Assembly: GCF_009914755.1 (NCBI RefSeq)
Contig: NC_060936.1
Direction: 5' to 3' (one strand)
Source of the DNA: the human T2T-CHM13v2.0 reference genome, Homo sapiens
Length of the DNA: 64,000 nucleotides
A program made the translations under genes and the position numbers. The notes under the pieces are model-generated. The model had not been told where the DNA came from and made no database searches. It saw only the letters and a program-made list of their open reading frames with translations. This document shows positions 1-16,930 of the stretch, piece after piece. Each line of letters opens with the position of its first letter. Position 1 is the first letter of the stretch.

Positions 1-67
1 TGATATTTCCTAGTAGAAAATCTTAAATTGGGCACCAATGTTAAATGGTTCAAAGTAAACAGTGTTC

Positions 68-1155
68 TGTCGGGGGAACTCACTCCCAATATTTCAACAT
101 AGGTTCTTTCTATTTTCCATAAGTGTCGGCCAGCTGAGAAATAAAGAGAGACAGTACAAAGAGAGGAATTTTACAGCTGGGCCACCAGGGGTGACATCAC
201 ATATTGGTAGGACCATGATGCCAACCTGAGTCTCAGACCAGCAAGTTTTTATTAAGGGTTTCAAAAGGGGAGGGGGTGTAAGAACAGAGAGTAGGTACAA
301 AGATCACATGCTTCAAAGAGCAAAAAGCAGAACCACTGATAAGGGTCTAATAAAGATCACATGCTTCTGAGGGAACAAGGCAAAGGGCAAAAGCGAACCA
401 CTGATAAGGGTCCAACAAAGATCACGGGGCAAAGGGCAAAAGCAGAACCACTGATATGGGTCTATGTTCAGCAGTGCACGTATTGTCTTGATAAACATCT
501 TAAACAACAGAAAACAGGGTTCAAGAGCAGAGAACCGGTCTGACCACATATTTACCAGTGCTGAGTTTTCCCAACCCTAGTAAGCCTGAGGGTTCTACAG
601 GAGACCAGGGCTTATTTCAGTCCTTATCTCAACTGCACAAGACAGACATTCCCAGAGCTGCCATTTATAGACCTCCCCACAGGAACTCCTTCTTTTCCCA
701 GGATATTAATATTAATATTCCTTGCTAGGAAAAGAATTTTGTGACATATTTCCTACTTGCACATCTGTTTATAGGCTCTCTGCAAGAAGAAAAATATGGC
801 TTTTTTTGCCCAACCCCGCAGGCAGTCAGACCTTATGGTTGTCTTCCCTTGTTCCATAAAAATTGCTATTATTCTGTTCTTTTTCAAGGTGCCTTGATTT
901 CATATTGTTCCAACACACATGTTTTACAATCAATTTGTACAGTTAACACAATTATCACAGTGGTCCTGAGGTGATGTACATCCTCAGTTTATGAAGATAA
1001 CAGGATTAAGAGATTAAAGACAGGCATAAGAAATTATAAAAGTATTATTTAAGAACTGATAAATGTCCATATCAAGATGAAATCTTCACAATTTATGTTC
1101 CTCTGCCATGGCTCCAGCCGGTCCCTCCATTCAGGGTCCCTGACTTCCCATAACA
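68..1155 (-). mobile_element. MER11 solo LTR (HERVK11/ERVK group; B or C subfamily uncertain)
   Basis: TG...CA termini. Perfect 6-bp TSD GTGTTC (62-67, 1156-1161). Minus strand begins TGTTATGGGAAGTCAGGGACCCTGAATGGAGGGACCGGCTGGAGCCATGG, like the MER11 consensus. Internal AAAGATCAC tandem units. Confidence 0.92.
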
Positions 1156-2046
1156 GTGTTCTTGAAAAGCAAATAGATAAAAGTATTATTTAATCCAAAC
1201 AAGTAAAAATTATTATCCTAGACTGGGCTTTTAGCTGTAAGTATGTAGGAAAACCATATTAAGTATATATACCTCAGGGGGTAAACATCTTTTTCTGATA
1301 CATGGCACGAAAAAAAATTTGGTGACAAAATTTAAGCAAGTTGAACATATGTAGAATTTTTACTGAAGAAACTTTAAAAATCTGACTTATTGATATGTCG
1401 CCCAAACAAGATGGGTGTTACACAATTTATTTTGAAGATATTGCCCTTAAACTGCCCTCAATTAAAATAAAAGTGAAAATCTATTATCTTTGAATTATTT
1501 TCTATAAAAATTGACCAAATCAAATCACTTTTTTATTTCATGCCTAAGCTTTTTTCTGTTCAGTTTCCATAGTTAATTTAGGTCTTTTATTGTTTTGGTT
1601 ACTTCTGTCCTTTCTTTCCTTCATGCTTTATTCCATTTTGTTGATTGGGAAAATACCACTTTTATAAGCCACTATTTCTGTGTGCCTGGTACATGCTGGC
1701 AGATAATACTAATTTTATAAGTAGATGCTAAACCCTAGGACTAACTTAGTTTCAAAATCTGTAACATTTTACTTGGAATCCTTTGAAACATTTTTTACTA
1801 ATTAATTAAGTTACATTTAAGCATATTAAAAAAGGAAAGGAAAATTGTTTTTAGAATAAATGAATAGCTCATGACAATCTGCTGGAAATTTATTAGGTAT
1901 TGTCTGAAAACATGGTTGAGCTTGAAAGAGAGCATATTCATAAGCATTTTAAGAACAAATTCATATGGATTGTGTTATATTTGAACAAGTATAACACTTA
2001 TAATCTATATCTAAAAATTCATGGCCTAGATTGAAAAGTTGGTATC

Positions 2047-2511
2047 TGTTATGAACTGAAAGTTTGTGTCGCCTCCTCCATTCACATCAACAAATTCATG
2101 GGTTGAAACCCTAGCCCCACCCTCTGCACTGTGAGGCTGTATTTGGAGATGGCAACTCTAAGGAAGTAATTAAGGTTAAATGAGGCCATAGGGTGGGGAG
2201 TAATGGTAATATGTGACAAGAGTAATGCCCTTATAAGAAGGAATCCCAGAGCTCACTCACTTCTGTTCTCTCTCTCTCTCTCTCTTTATTTTCTCTCTCT
2301 CTACCATTCCTTCTCATGCATATACCAAGGAAAGCCCATGTGTGGACATAGGAAGAAAGTGTCAATCTTCAAGTGAAGAGGAGAGCTCTCACAAGAAACT
2401 AAATCAGCTGGAACTTTGATCTTGGACTTCCAGCCATCAGAACTGAGAGAAAATTAATTTTGTTGTTTAAGCAGTCTATATTTCTTATGGTACCCCAAGC
2501 AGGCTAACACA
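2047..2511 (+). mobile_element. MLT1A/B-type MaLR solo LTR
   Basis: Starts TGTTATGAACTGAAAGTTTGTGTC. Contains GTATTTGGAGAT, TTGATCTTGGACTTCCAGCC and AGAACTGAGAGAAAAT. Ends CTAACACA. Confidence 0.8.
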
Positions 2512-2526
2512 ATATTCAAAGAAGGC

Positions 2527-5500
2527 ATTCAATTCAGTTCAATGCAATTCAGTTCAAATATTTATTTTGAGGCTGCTATATGCCAGATACTGTTCTACTT
2601 TTCTAGTTATTAGGAAAGTTCGATCAGGGTGGGGACAGATAGAAGTCAGTGGCTTCACAGTGGTTATATTCTAATGAGATAAAGCAGAGTAAAACTAAAA
2701 TAAAGTATGTGTGTTATGGGGAAAACTAAAGCAGGAAAGGGAAGTAAGGAGTGCTGCAAGTTAAAATAACATAGTCATGATGGGGCATCCATATTTAGAA
2801 ACTTATATTTGAGCAAAGACTTAAAGTGGATGGAGATGCTAGCTTGTACATATGTGGAAGAGAAGCACCATAGGCAGAGAGAAGAGCAAGTGCAACGGCC
2901 ATGGGGTAGGAATCTAATTGGCAAGCTCAAAATTTAGGCAAGGAAGCCAGTATGGCAAACATGCTATGTAAGAGAAGTTAACAGGAGTAAACATCAAAGA
3001 AGTAAGGAACATATATGTGGGAATTTTCCAAATTTCATAAATAAAGGGAGCGATATGAGATGGCATTGTAAATTTTCTTAGAAAAGAAGAAACATAGTCC
3101 AGATACGTTTTACAAGTGATCATTCTGGCTACAGTATTAAGCATATATTCCAGAGGAAGAGATAAAAACTTGAGGTGCTGTTTTAAAGGCTTTTGCTATT
3201 AGAAACCTTGGACCAGAGAGGAAGTAGTGGATGGGTAAGTAAATGTCTGATTTTCTGTATATATATTTGAAGGGCAGCCAGCATGTGAATTTAATGTGAT
3301 ATATGAGACAGAGAAGGTAAAAAGAGACACCTGGGCCTATGCAACTAGAGGAGTTGTGGAAGACTGTATTAGGCAAAATGGGGTGGCAAAATTGAGTGGA
3401 GGAGATCAAGTTTGAGATGTCTGTTAACTATCCAAATGGATTTGGTAGGTAGGTGTATTAGTCCATTCTCATGCTGCTATAGGACATACCCAAGACTGGG
3501 TATTTATAAAGGAAAGAGGATTAACTGATAACACAGTTCTGCAGGGCTGGGAAGGCCTCAGGAAACTTACAGTCACGGCAGAAGGAGAAGCAAATATGTC
3601 CTTTTTTACATGGTGGCAGGATAAAGAAGGATTAGTGCCCAATGAAGGGGGATGCCCCTTATAAAACCATCAGATCTTGTGAGAACTAACTCACTATAAA
3701 GAGAACACGATGGGGGAAACTACTCCATGATTCAATTATCTCCATCTGGTCCCTCCCACAACATGTGGGGATTATGGGAACTACAATTCAAAATGAGATT
3801 TGGGTGGGGATACAGTCAAACCATACCAATCCGCCCCTGTTCCCTTCCAAATCTCACGTCCTCACACTTCAAAACACAATTATGCCCTTCCAACAGTTCC
3901 CAAAGTCTTAACTCATTCCGGCCTTTACTCAAAAGTCTAAGTCCAAAGTCTCATCTGAGACAAGGAAAGTCTCTTCTGCTTATGAGCCTGTATAATTAAA
4001 AGCAAGTTAACTACTTGCTAAATACAATGGGGGTACAGGAATTGGGTAAATACACCTGTTCCAAATGGGAGAAATTGGCCAAAACAAAGGGGCTACAGGC
4101 CCCATGCAAGTCCAAAATCCAGTAGGGCACTCATTAAAATTTAAAGTTCCAAAATGATCTCCTTTGACTCCATGTCTTACATCCAAGACGTGCTGATGCA
4201 AGAGGTGGGCTCCCACAGCCTTGGGGAGCTCCACCCCTGCGGCTTTGCAAGTTATAGCTCCCCTCTAGGCTGCTTTCACGGCTGGGGTTAAGTGTCTGTG
4301 GCTTTTCCAGGTGCGTGTTGCAAGCTGTTGGTGAATCTACCATTCTGGGGTATGGAGGATGATGGGCCTCTTCTCCAGCTCCACTAGGCAATGCCCCAGT
4401 GGAGACTCAGTGCAGAGGCTCCAACCCCACATTTCCCTTCTGCACTGCCCTAGCAGAAGTTCTCCATAAGGGCTCTGCTCCTTCACTCCTGCTTTGACAT
4501 CCAGGCATTTCCATATAACCTCTGAAATCTAGGCAGAGGTTCCCAAACCTCAATTCCTGTCTTCTGCCCACCTGCAGGCCCAACACCATGTGGAATCTGC
4601 CAAGGCTTAGGGCTTGCACCCTGTGAAGCAATGGCCTGAGCTGTACTTAGTCCTTTTAGCCATGGCTGGAGCTGAAGCAGCTGGGGTGCAGGGCACCAAG
4701 TCCTGAGGTTGCACACAACAGGGGCACCCTGGGCCTGACCCATAGAGCCATTTTTCCTTTGCAGGCCTCCAGGCTTGTGATGGGAGGGGCTGCAGTGAAG
4801 GTCTCTGACATACCCTGGAGATATTTTCCCCATTATCTTGGTTATTAACATTTGATGCCTCATTACATATGCAAAGTTCAGCAGCAGACTTGAATTTCTC
4901 CCCAGAAAATGGGGTTTCCTCTTCTATTGCTTCATCAGGCTGCAAATTTTCCAAACTTTTATGATCTGCTTCCTCTTGAACACTTTGCTGCTTAGAAATT
5001 TCTTCCACCAGGTACCCTAAATCACCTCTCTCAAATTCAAAGTTCCACATGTCTCTAGGGCAGGGGCAAAATGCCTCCGATCTACTTTACTCCAGTTCCC
5101 AAGAAGTTCCTCATCTCCATCTGAGACCACCTCAGCCTGAACTTCATGGCCCGTATCACTGTAAGCATTTTGGTCAACGCCATTCAACAAGTCTCCAGGA
5201 AGTTCCAAACTTTCCCACATTTTCCTGTCTTCTTCTGAGCCCTCCAAATTGTTCCAACCTCAGTCTACTATTCAATTCCAAAGTCACTTCTACATTTTTG
5301 GGTATCTTTACAGCAGCACTCCATCACCCGGCACCAATTTACTGTATTAGTCTGTTCTCACGCTTCTATAAGGGTATACCTGAGACTGGGTAATTTGTAA
5401 AGGAAAGAGGTTTAATTGACTCACAGTTTGGCAGGGCTGGGAAGGCCTTAGGAAACTTACAATCATGGCAGAAGGGAGAGCAAACACATCCTTCTTCACA

Positions 5501-6130
5501 TGGTGGCAGAGAGGAGAATGAGTGTCCAGCAAAGGGGGAAGCCCCTTATAAAACCATCAGATCTCATGAGAACTAGCTCAATATCCTAAGAGCAGGATAG
5601 GGGAAACTGCCCCCTGTGATTCAATTATCTCCACCTGGTGTCTTCCACGATGTGGAGATTATGGCAACTACAATTCAAGACGATGTTTGGGCTGAGACAC
5701 AGCCAAACCATATCAGTAGGCAATTGGATCTGCAAGTATTGTATTCATAGTAGATGTAAATGTGGGAGTCTTCTACATGAAGCCTTCATGAGATTATCAT
5801 GGAGTAAGTATAGACAAAGGAGAAAGGCCAGTGGTCCTCGACACTCTCTATATTAAAGAGTTGAAGATATAAAGAGAAACTAGCAAGTGTGGATGAAGAG
5901 GTGTGGTCAGTAATTGAAGAAGGAAAACATCAGTGGTGGTGTGTGGCCTTGACAGCTAGACAGTAAAAAGTTCTTGTAGGGAGGGAGTAATCAATTGTGT
6001 CAAACAGGGCTGCAATTTGATGAGAACTGATAAATAACATTGAATTTAGCCATAGTGGTAGTTGATGGCCTTGTCAAGAATATTTTCAGTGTTTGGGGGA
6101 AAATCTGACTGGAGTTGATTTAAGGGAAAA
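2527..6130 (-). mobile_element. L2 LINE relic, split by the THE1 insertion at 3454-5715
   Basis: Antisense L2 3' end (TTCAAATATTTATTTTGAGGCTGCTATATGCCAGATACTGTTCTA). Purine-rich L2-like body continues on both sides of the THE1 TSD. Boundaries approximate. Confidence 0.7.
3454..5715 (-). mobile_element. Two-LTR THE1C/D MaLR element (LTRs 3454-3828 and 5343-5715, internal region 3829-5342)
   Basis: Two homologous LTRs, TGTATTAGTC...AAACCATA(C/T)CA. 5-bp TSD GTAGG (3449-3453, 5716-5720). Frameshifted MaLR internal ORF pieces on the minus strand (e.g. MEGSEEDRKMWESLELP). Confidence 0.93.
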
Positions 6131-8879
6131 AATCAGAGGATAAAGATTGAAGAGTTAAAGGATTTATAGAACAACATGGGAATATGATACTAGAACAGGT
6201 AATAATTCTTAGCTCTTTATGCATTATATCGCAGTTCATTAAATTCTTATGGAAATTCCTAAGGCAGAGACACTTACTTCTCTTAAAATAGAATAGTGAC
6301 TTGATAGGTGAAATATCATGCCGCAGTGAAAAGTTAGAACTGCAAGGATTACACACAAATGACATTTGTCTGATGCCTGACTCTCACATTCCAGGAGAAC
6401 AGAAAATAAAAATATTACTTACAAAATGCCATTTGAGTTCATTTTCAAAGAATGAAAAGTGGGGAGAGAATATGCTAAGTATAGATAGTGATGAGATAGG
6501 AAAATGTAGTGAAAATGGTTCTGAATATGTCTTGGGTTTTTTTCCAGATTAACTTTCTTTTTTGCTTGATTTTCTTTAGATCTGTTTTAATTTTCTGTAG
6601 ATTTCTGACTATGAGCTTACAATAATTTACATAGTCTATGCAATCATTCTAAGGAAAAAAAAAGCTCAGAAAAGAAGAATTTGATTACACTGAGAGATAA
6701 AAGACTTGTAGGAACAAGCTAAAAATAAAATTTAAAATGTAATATCAATTGAAAACAGATAACTTTAACTATTCTCCATTAAATACTTATTGAATTATTT
6801 TCTTGTTTTGTGTATTTAGCAATTTAATATTAACATTGGTATAAGCATGAACCTGAAATAATGTAACAGGTTTATAAATTTATATATATGCTAAGATATG
6901 TTCATATGTAGCATACATCATTCTGCAAATATGTGAAACAAATTTGTTTATTAATTACTAATAAAAATTTATTTTGAGAAATAATGCTTTTTAAAGTTTA
7001 TATGTTCATTAAAACTACACTCTATTGACCAGACTGGAGCACCTTAAATTTTTTTTTATATCTTCTGAGTATGTGTACATTTTAAGAATTTCTCTCAATT
7101 ACATACAATTTCTTTACAGTTAATTGGAGTTGATTTGCAATCGCTGTCTTATAATCATATTTTTAAATGACCATTTTCATTATTTGAAGCAAAGTACATT
7201 TTAAAGTATTTGGTTTACTTAATGACTTGTTAATTTTCCTACCTGTCTGAATCTTTTCTTGTAGGATAGTGCATAATCATCAGATCTAGTACTTAAGAAA
7301 TTCTACTTGAAAATTAACAATTTATTTTGTATAACAGACAACTACTATTCTTAAAGATAAGTTTTAAAACAACATATTATGTATTTTTGTTACAATAAAA
7401 TAAAATTATTGGGTTGGATTTGTAAGGAACAATTGTTCATTTAGTGGAGGATGGTGAAAGCATCTACAAATTTGAAGGCCCACCCAGTCTAGACTAATCT
7501 AACTGTCCTGCTGAGTAACCCAATGCTTCCCTGCGAAAACCTGCTGCTCTCACAGGGACCTGTGAAAGGTGCAAACATCTCACCTTATCCAGCCTATGTA
7601 TTTGCCCCTGCTCATCTTTTTTGAACTATCTACTCACATGCTTTCCATGTTCAAATTCACCTTACCCAATAAGGCCCAGTTCCATTGTCACCTTCTTTCT
7701 CATCTATCCCTGGCCTTTTGCAATGAAGGAATATCCATTGCCTAAACTGAATTGAATTTTGCATATAATCTCTCAAGGGACATTTACTAGTTTCTACATT
7801 TTTAGTTATTTATGTATTTACCTCATTGCTCTTAACTTCATGTCTTCGTGGTTTCATTAACAATTTTATTATACCATCGTTGTCAAATCTGGAATAATTT
7901 CAACTGACTTCCTGGTGACTTAGAATAAATTTTGATTAAATTTTAAGTGAAGGAATTTGTGTGTTATTTTGTCAAAGCCCTTGAATATCTGAAAACATCT
8001 TTTTGTTGACATCACAGATGACCATATAAAAGGCGGACCATAATAAATCTAATGGTATCTAGTCCTTAACGTGTTTTATTTAGTGAAAAATTTATAACTA
8101 ATTAATCGTTTTATCCTAAATAGTAATCATGTCTATTACCTCGTACCCACTGTCAACTTTTAAAATGACAATTTTGTAATTGCATGGCATAATTTATTTA
8201 TCCCCTTGGCACATATTTCTCAGCTCCAAACTTTATCTAAAGGCCTATTTGACAGCTTCCCATGTGACACCTGTCACAGAAACTTTTCACCAATGCTACT
8301 CCTTCCATAGTCATCCTGCCTTCGGAGAGACTGCACCATCTCTGTGCAGTCTCTCTGGACATAAGCATGGAAGCTATTTGGAAAAAGCTGAGTAAGTTAA
8401 CATTTTAGTCCAAAGATGATAGAAAATTTTTGTAAAAGGGGTATTTTCAAATGTTAACAAAATATGTTAATCTATGTATTAGTACATGTTTACATAAAAA
8501 AAGAACACTTGAAAATAATACATTTTCTTATTACAAAATGAGGTCCAAATCTTCAAAATCAGAGAGATTCATGATTAACATTGCTAGTCTTTTTTAAAAA
8601 AAGAGGTAAACAATCATATAGAGAGATGCATAGCACAATATACAGAAATAAATGTTGGTATAAAACATATTTTTGAATTTTTTTTGCCTGTTTTTTGTCA
8701 TGTCATTTTCATATTTCTGTTTACATTATTTATATGTGCATAGAGACATTATAATTTAACAGTTTCACACTTGATAGGCATTTAGGCATTTCCAATTATT
8801 TCGCTATCAGAAGAAATGATAAACAAAATAACATACAGATTATAATATTTCAATACTTAAATAATTTATTCCGTCAAAA

Positions 8880-9330
8880 AATACTTATTTAGCCTCAACT
8901 TTTCTGATACAAAGTTGATGAAAACCTCTATAGAATGTTGAAAAATACATTTAGGCTACCATACCACTATTGATAAATGAACAACATTCTTAACATGCAT
9001 TCATAAGCAACTTTGAACGAAGAACTGAAGAAAGGGAGTGAGCCATGTAAAGAGCTGTGCAGGGGGAGGTGTTGGACAGGGAAAGAAGTATTCTGTTTTG
9101 TACAGTGTATTTTAGGATGTTTTTGTTTCCAGGTGAATATGTTACTTGGAAGAGTGATATATGATCCTGAATAATAGAGGAAAATGTGAAGTCATCAACT
9201 TATAAATGTAATTTTTAAAATGCATTTTAAAAGAGATTAGAGAAAAATAAGTGTGAGTATTGAGCTCTAAGAAATGTGAAAACATAAAATTCTAGATGAG
9301 GAGCATCTAGCTAATAACATAAAGAAGGAA
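8880..9330 (-). mobile_element. Possible degraded L2 fragment
   Basis: Weak resemblance to antisense L2 (AATACTTATTTAGC; AAGGGAGTGAGCCATGTAAAGAGCTG). Boundaries uncertain. Confidence 0.4.
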
Positions 9331-9529
9331 GTGTGACACAAAAAGAGATGCCTTTTTCCCTTTCTCAATTATCTAAAAGAAATATGAGATTATCTCCTTC
9401 ATAACTGTATGTTGCAGCTTAATATTTATGAATTTGTGGTTAATTTTATTATTTATAGAATTTTATTAATTTTATTTTATTTTTATATTATTGCCAAAAT
9501 TCAGTATATTTTTTAATTAAAAAAAATAC

Positions 9530-14132
<4,603 letters not shown>

Positions 14133-14414
14133 ATGTCTGCTTCATTGGTCTTCTCAGACTCATTTAATGTTATATTACTACATATATAAACATTATATAT
14201 AATATATAGTTTCTTGAGTTTGCTTCTTCACGTTTTTACTTTTTTTCATTACAAAACATGTTTGTATATATTTAACATAATAAAGTAACTTCTACTTGTC
14301 ATCTTAGCTGTGTCTTAAATGATTTGTTATGTGGTATTTCATTTCAGTTGAGTTCCTAATTTATTTTATTTTTTTCTCTTGAATCATGAAGTATGTGAAA
14401 CTATAGGATTTTAG

Positions 14415-14432
14415 TTTTTTCTTTTTTTTTCT

Positions 14433-14463
<31 letters not shown>

Positions 14464-14745
14464 GAGACACAGTCTCATTCTGTCGCCCCGGCTGGAGTAC
14501 AGTGGTGTGATCTCAGCTCACACTGCAACCTCTGCCTCCCAGATTCAAGCAATTCTTGCACCAGCCTCCTAAGGGACTGGGATCACAGGCATGCACCACC
14601 ATGCCCAGCTCATTTTTGTATTTTTAATAGAGACGGGTTTTTGCCATTATGGCCAGGTTGGTCTTAAACTTCTGGTGTGAAGTGGTTGGCCCGACTCAGC
14701 ATCCCAAAGTGCTGGGATTACAGGCATGAGCCAACACACCTGGCT
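14415..14745 (-). mobile_element. Alu (AluS/J, diverged)
   Basis: T-rich tail, TGAGACACAGTCTC...CCCAAAGTGCTGGGATTACAGGCATGAGCC. Confidence 0.93.
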
Positions 14746-14812
14746 GTGTTTCTTCTTTTTATAATTAATTTATAATTAAATACCCTTGAAACCAAACAAT
14801 GAATGAATGAAA

Positions 14813-14920
14813 CATATATATAAACATATATATACATATATATATATACACACACACACACACACCCCTGTGTGTGGGTGTGTGATATATCACACACACA
14901 TAAATATACCATATATAATA
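14813..14920. repeat. Compound (TA)n/(CA)n/(TG)n microsatellite
   Basis: Seen directly. Confidence 0.9.
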
Positions 14921-15126
14921 TGAATTAATACAAATTTGTAAAGACTGGCTTTATTACTTAGTTTAAAGGGTAATTTTTCATACATAATCTATAGTTACTT
15001 GAAAAGAGTATGCTTTCTACTGTGGTAGGGTATAGTGTGCCCCTCTCTTTCTCTTCTGTCTCCTCTTTTTGTCTTTCTCTGAAATCCATTAGGATATTTG
15101 CTTTATCAATTACTTGCTCTTTTTTT

Positions 15127-15447
<321 letters not shown>

Positions 15448-15809
15448 CTATATTAATTTCATATATTCAATTTCTTTAGAACATATTAGAATTCTCTACT
15501 ATGACTTTAGTTTAATTACTTTTCTTCATATTTTCTCCAACTTTCACATCATGTATTTTGTCTATATAGTAAGGCATATATAATGCCTTAATTTCATATC
15601 TTCCTTCATTCAAAGTTATTTCTTTCATCATCATACCTCCAAAATAAATTATTTCCAACATTATCCTTGCCATACTCATGTTCTTAAAATGTATTTCCAT
15701 TGGTGATTTTGTTTCTTATTTTTTCAATTTTTTAAAAATATTTAATTTAAGCCTGTTTTTTTTTTTGCAAACACATATAGATGAATTTGATTGTATTTGA
15801 TTCAATCCA

Positions 15810-16330
15810 CACTGAATTTAACCCAAAGGAAAATAAATTGTTCTACTGAAAATGTCCTGCACTTATATGTTTGTCACAGCACTATTCACAAGAGCAAAGA
15901 CATGGAATGGAATCAACCCAGGTGCCCATCAGTGGTGGTACATATACACCATGGAATACTATACAGTCATAAAAAAGAATGAAATTATGTCCTTTGCAAC
16001 AACATGGATGCAGCTGGAGGCCATATCCTGAGCAAACTAACTCAGAAACAGAAAACCAAATACCATATGTTCTCATTTTTAAGTGGGAGCTAAACATTGG
16101 GTACACATGGACACAAAGATGGGAACAATAGACACTGGGGATTCCAAAACTGGAGAGGGAGGAACAGAGGCAAGGGTTGAAAAATTGCCTATCAGGTACT
16201 AAGTTCACTGCTTGAATGATGGGATCATTACAAGTTTAACGTCAGCATTACACAGTATGCCTCTAAACAAACCTACACATGTACCTCTTGTATCTAAAAC
16301 AAAATTTTAAAATAATAATAATAAATGAAA
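15810..16330 (+). mobile_element. 5'-truncated L1 3' end (late L1PA/L1PB type)
   Basis: ORF2 end (GCAACAACATGGATGCAGCTGGAGGCCAT), 3' UTR GGACACAAAGATGGGAACAATAGACACTGGGG, A-rich tail. Confidence 0.88.
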
Positions 16331-16699
16331 TAAAATTCCAATTCAACAACTATAACTTAATTTATATATTGTAATGCCTGATACTTTTGGGATCAACCTT
16401 GCCCTTTTTTTAAAAAAGCACATGATTTTAACATGTGTTAATTAAATAATATATATAATTATATAATAATATTAATAATACATTTCTTTAACATAGCTAC
16501 TTCATAATTCTCAAAAAGTTTCGTATATCAAAAAGTGAGGTTTTTTAAATTTGTATTTTAGTTATTACAGGTACTTAATAGTTGTATTATCCTCTTATTT
16601 TGTGTTTATTTCCATCTATTTTTCTTCATCCTTCCTTCTTTCTGTGGATAAATTAGAGCTGCATTTAAATCAAATCTAAAGTTAAGTAAAAGAAGAGAA

Positions 16700-16930
16700 A
16701 CGTTTCTGACTATACCCTAGGCAGAGTAAATATTGATTTGCATTCATTATCTTACTCCATTCTCATAAAAATCCTATTAATTTACCATTAGCATTATTTC
16801 TATTTTTTCAAAGGAAGAAGTTGAGGCATCAACTGAATAAATAATTATTCAAGGCCATGAACATTGCAAAGGTAGAACTAAGTCTTAGGTCTTCCAGCCC
16901 CAAAGCCTGTGTTTTGTCATGTGCAGTACA
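16700..16930 (-). mobile_element. MIR SINE
   Basis: Degenerate antisense MIR core (ATTTTTTCAAAGGAAGAAGTTGAGGC...TTCAAGGCCA). Confidence 0.65.

Noticed and set aside
296-475. Repeat-spacer-like array
   Set aside because: Imperfect tandem units internal to the MER11 LTR, with no unique spacers.
4007-5393. Cluster of 75-147 aa ORFs
   Set aside because: Frameshifted THE1 internal ORF and its antisense; the same applies to 24989-26985.
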